Source: Azolla caroliniana
Lineage: Eukaryota; Plantae; Polypodiophyta
Direction: 5' to 3'
Length of the DNA stretch: 64,000 nucleotides
Assembly (NCBI GenBank): GCA_043228905.1
Contig: JBHGNT010000020.1
Span: 9,300,001-9,364,000, forward strand
Shown here: piece by piece, positions 60,489-64,000 of the stretch
Layout: every line of letters starts with the position of its first letter
Numbering within the stretch: the stretch's first letter is position 1
The notes under the pieces: generated by a model
The model's database searches: none
The model's input: the letters and a program-made list of their open reading frames with translations, nothing else
What the model was told of the DNA's origin: nothing
Position numbers and translations under genes: made by a program

Positions 60489-63400
60489 ATGATAACAAAT
60501 GATATATTATGTGAAGTGTAAGTACAAAATAGCTATGAGGCTTAAGACTAGCGTTGAACCAATTTGGTTCGAAATAATGCTCTGTGCCTCTTTTTATAGT
60601 GTTCTCAAGAATAGTCCTGAAGCTTCTAGAATGTTCCAGAGAAATCTGGAATATACAATAATTAAAACTTAAATGAAAATAATATCCTACGTATTACAAT
60701 AGATAATGTAATGATCAAGAGCTCGACCCATATAACATAAGGTTATGGGTTTGAGTCTTGCCATATCATGACACTATCCCCCCCTTAAGACGACAAATGT
60801 CACGAGTCGGCGTTGATTGTGGACCGGGTTTGTCTGGATACCTAAGCATTGGCGACATGCTCAACGGGTTCCCAAGTACGTTTTGGCTCGAACTATAGTC
60901 AAGCCAATCGACCAAATAATAAAGTTGGTTGCGAACAAACTTGGAGTCGAGGACGATAGCAACTTCATACTCCGGGCCGGTGTCCAACTCAAGCGGGGGC
61001 GGCGGTGGTGTAACACGATCAGGAATAGTGTTGGCCTGATAAGGTTCGAGAAGAGAACTATGGAAGACCGGATGTATCTGAAGGTGCAGAGGAAGATCAA
61101 GGCGGAACGTGACATCATTAATCTTGCCGGTAATACGGAAAGGACCGAGTCGTTGATAATCCAATTTGTCGCACGGTCGACTTGTCTTGATGTGATGATG
61201 TAAGAGTCATACTTGATCTCCGATGGCAAAAGAGGAGGGAAGCCGATGACGATCTGCATAAGTCTTTTGAGTGTGTTGAGCATGACGAAGATGAATAGAT
61301 AGATCTGTCTGAATCTTGCGTAGCCTCTCTAGATGATCCTCGGCACGAGGATTGGTAGGTAGCTCCGAAGTGTCGATCACAAACCAACAAGGATGAGAAC
61401 CGGTATAAGCGTAAAATGGCGAGACCCGAGTGGAGGAGTGAATAGTGTTGTTAAACGCAAACTCCACAAAGTGGAGAATATCAGCCCAATCATCCTATTG
61501 ATAACTCAGAAAACACCAAAGATATTGTTCCAGCGTTTGATTCGTTCATTCCGCTTGCCCATTGGTTTGGGGATGGTAGCCGAAGAAGAGGTTGCAAGAG
61601 ACCTTGAGCATCTTGAAGAGATGTTTCCAAAATTTGGAGATGAATTGAGGTCCTCGGTCATTGATGATACTATCTGGGAGGGCATGATGCCGAAATACCT
61701 CACGCATGACAAGGATTGCGGTTTCCTCACTAGTGATGGCCTTAGTACAAGGCACAAAATGTGCCATCTTAGTATATTGATCGACAACGGTTAAGATAGC
61801 ATTGAAACCCTTCGAGACTGGAAGATCTGTGATAAAATCAAAACAAATGGACTGCCACGACTTACTTGGAATTGGTAAGGATTCCAACAAGCCATATGGA
61901 TGATGTCGTGGCATCTTTGCTCGGCAACAAGCATCACAGGTCTGAACATAGTCGTCGACAAAATGTCGCATATGGGGCCACCAAAAGGATCGTCGAACTA
62001 GATCCAACGTCTTAGTACTACCGAAATGTCCAAATGTATGGATGTCGTGACAATTTTGGACGATTGGAAGGTGATAGGAGCAATTGGGAACATACACGTG
62101 CTTTTTAAAGAATAATAAACCATCATGATATTTGAATTGTCGTTTGTCCATACCTGGTTGTTGAGATTGGGAATAGGATGCCCGAGAGGCATCAATTTGC
62201 GCTAGAATGGCTTGAGCAAAACTATCCATCTTCAAGTTGGCACGTATGGCATTGATAATCCGGGAATCCAATGGAGTGTGAAAAATCCGCGTTGTGTGCA
62301 AACGTGTTTGTCCCAAGATTACCTGCTTTTGATTATCAAATGCTGGATCACCCGGACGAGGTGCAAGCTAGGAACGTCGCGATAGTGCATCTGCTTTTCC
62401 TTGCTGCTTCCTCGGCCGATATGTGATTTTGAAGTCAAAATGCGTGAGGAATTGGGCCCACCGAGCTTGTCGTCGATTTAGTACACGAGCGTTTTGGAAG
62501 TAAGCAAGATTTTTGTGATCACTAAAGACAATGACCTGATGAGGAGAGCCCTCTAAGAAGTGCCGCCATTGTAGAAACGAATCCACGATGGCTAATAACT
62601 CCTTGTCATGTATCTCGTAGTTAATTTCCGCGGCATCAAATTTGTGTGAGTGGAAAGCCACAAGATGTAACTTTTCTTTATCTCCTTGTTGTGAAAGGAT
62701 GCTACCGAGGGTGAAATTTGATGTGTCGGCCTCTATGATGAATGGTTTGTTTGTATCCACATGGGCTAGAATAGGAGCTGATGTAAAGACTTTCTTAAGA
62801 TGCATAAAAGCCATGTCCGCTTCATTGGACCAAAGAAATGATTGTCCCTTCTTGGTAAGTTGTGTGAGAGGTAAAATAATCTTCGAGTAATCTTGTATAA
62901 ACTTGCGGTAGAAGTTAGCAAAGACTAGGAAACATTGCACATCTCGTAATGAACGTGGAGTTCGACACTCTAGCACAGTTTGGACTTTAGCTAGATCCAT
63001 GGAGATGCCTTTTGAGGAGATGACGTAGCCTAGAAATTCCACTTGCTTGCAGTCAAAGCTACATTTTTCTAGTTTGGCATAAAGACCATGCTCTCGGAGT
63101 CGTTTTAGTACTAATAGTACATGAGAATCATGCTCTTCTTGGGTCTTCGAATAAATCAATAGATCATCCAGATAGATGATCAAACAAATATCCAAGAGAT
63201 CTCTGAATATATCATTTGCCATGTGCTGGAAGACTACGGGCGCATTGGTTAGAACGAACGACATAACGATATAGATACTCGAAGTGCCCATATCGGGTGC
63301 GAAAAGCGGTCTTCCATTTGTCTCCTGGTCGGATCCGCACGAGGTTATATGTTCCTCGTAAGTCGATTTTTGTAAAAAACTTGGCACCATTTACACGTTC

Positions 63401-64000
63401 TAATAGACTTGATATAAGGGGAAGTGCATACCTATTCCGAATGGTGACCTTATTCAAGCCGCGGTAATCAACGACGAGATGAAGGGATCCATCTTTCTTT
63501 TTGACAAAGAAAATGGGTGCACCGGCCGGAGATTTCGAATGACGAATAAACCCACTTGCCAAATTCTCTTCTATGTAGGCTCGAAGGACATCCAACTCGG
63601 TTGGTGACAAGTTGTAAATCGGTCCCCACGGTGGCTCTGTTCCTGGTTGTAAATCGATGGGAAAATCATAGGGACAATGATGAGGAAGAGTACCAGCTCT
63701 GACCTTGTCAAATACATCAGCATAAGCATGATATTTCGCGGGAAGTTGAACTAAGGATTCCTTTTTAATAGTGTTGGAAGGATGTACTGATATTGCAAAT
63801 AGAAACATTGACTCCATGTGTCCTTCTTCGCGTAATTGATGGAGCAAAATGGTCGAAACTCGATGAGTAGATTCTTGGGGTTGTCGATACCGGACTTCTC
63901 TTGTTCTCCAATCTATGTCTGGATTATGTACTTCAAACCAAGGTAATCCCAGGACAATGGGATGCTCTGGACTACTAATTATATTAAATGATACCACACA
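60358..64000 (-). mobile_element. Ty3/gypsy chromovirus (Tcn1-like), decayed pol with chromodomain; 3' LTR 60358-60773; continues beyond the window
   Basis: IVLGLPWF (PR tail), [32 protein letters not shown] and YLDDLLIYS (RT), NYEIHDKELLAIV (RH), FITDLP..HPQTNGQAE (IN), GPF motif and EYEVAIVLDS..YYLVDW chromodomain. PPT aagggggggatag precedes the LTR. Confidence 0.93.

Overview
Eukaryotic nuclear DNA from a land plant. The retroelement set (Tcn1-like chromovirus, tRNA-Trp-primed LTR family, RTE LINEs) suggests a non-seed plant such as a fern; this is an inference. Bases 1 to ~30.5 kb are a nested pile of LTR retrotransposons: one full-length Ty1/copia with 378-bp LTRs and a CTCAT TSD, six or so decayed copia copies, four solo LTRs, and gypsy fragments. 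Bases ~30.5-34.2 kb hold L1, RTE and SINE-like remnants. Three host genes follow: a 7-coding-exon cyclic nucleotide-gated channel (+, with a GC-AG intron), GRXS17 (+, Trx plus two Grx domains), and a 2-exon gene encoding a strongly divergent Dof-like zinc-finger protein (-). The window ends in a decayed chromodomain-bearing gypsy element (-). The most interesting signals are the atypical Dof-like gene, a conserved charged Pol extension bracketed by a duplicated polypurine tract in a copia family, and a tRNA-Trp-primed LTR family with an apparent 4-bp TSD and ACG target bias. All calls were made by eye; no database searches were run.
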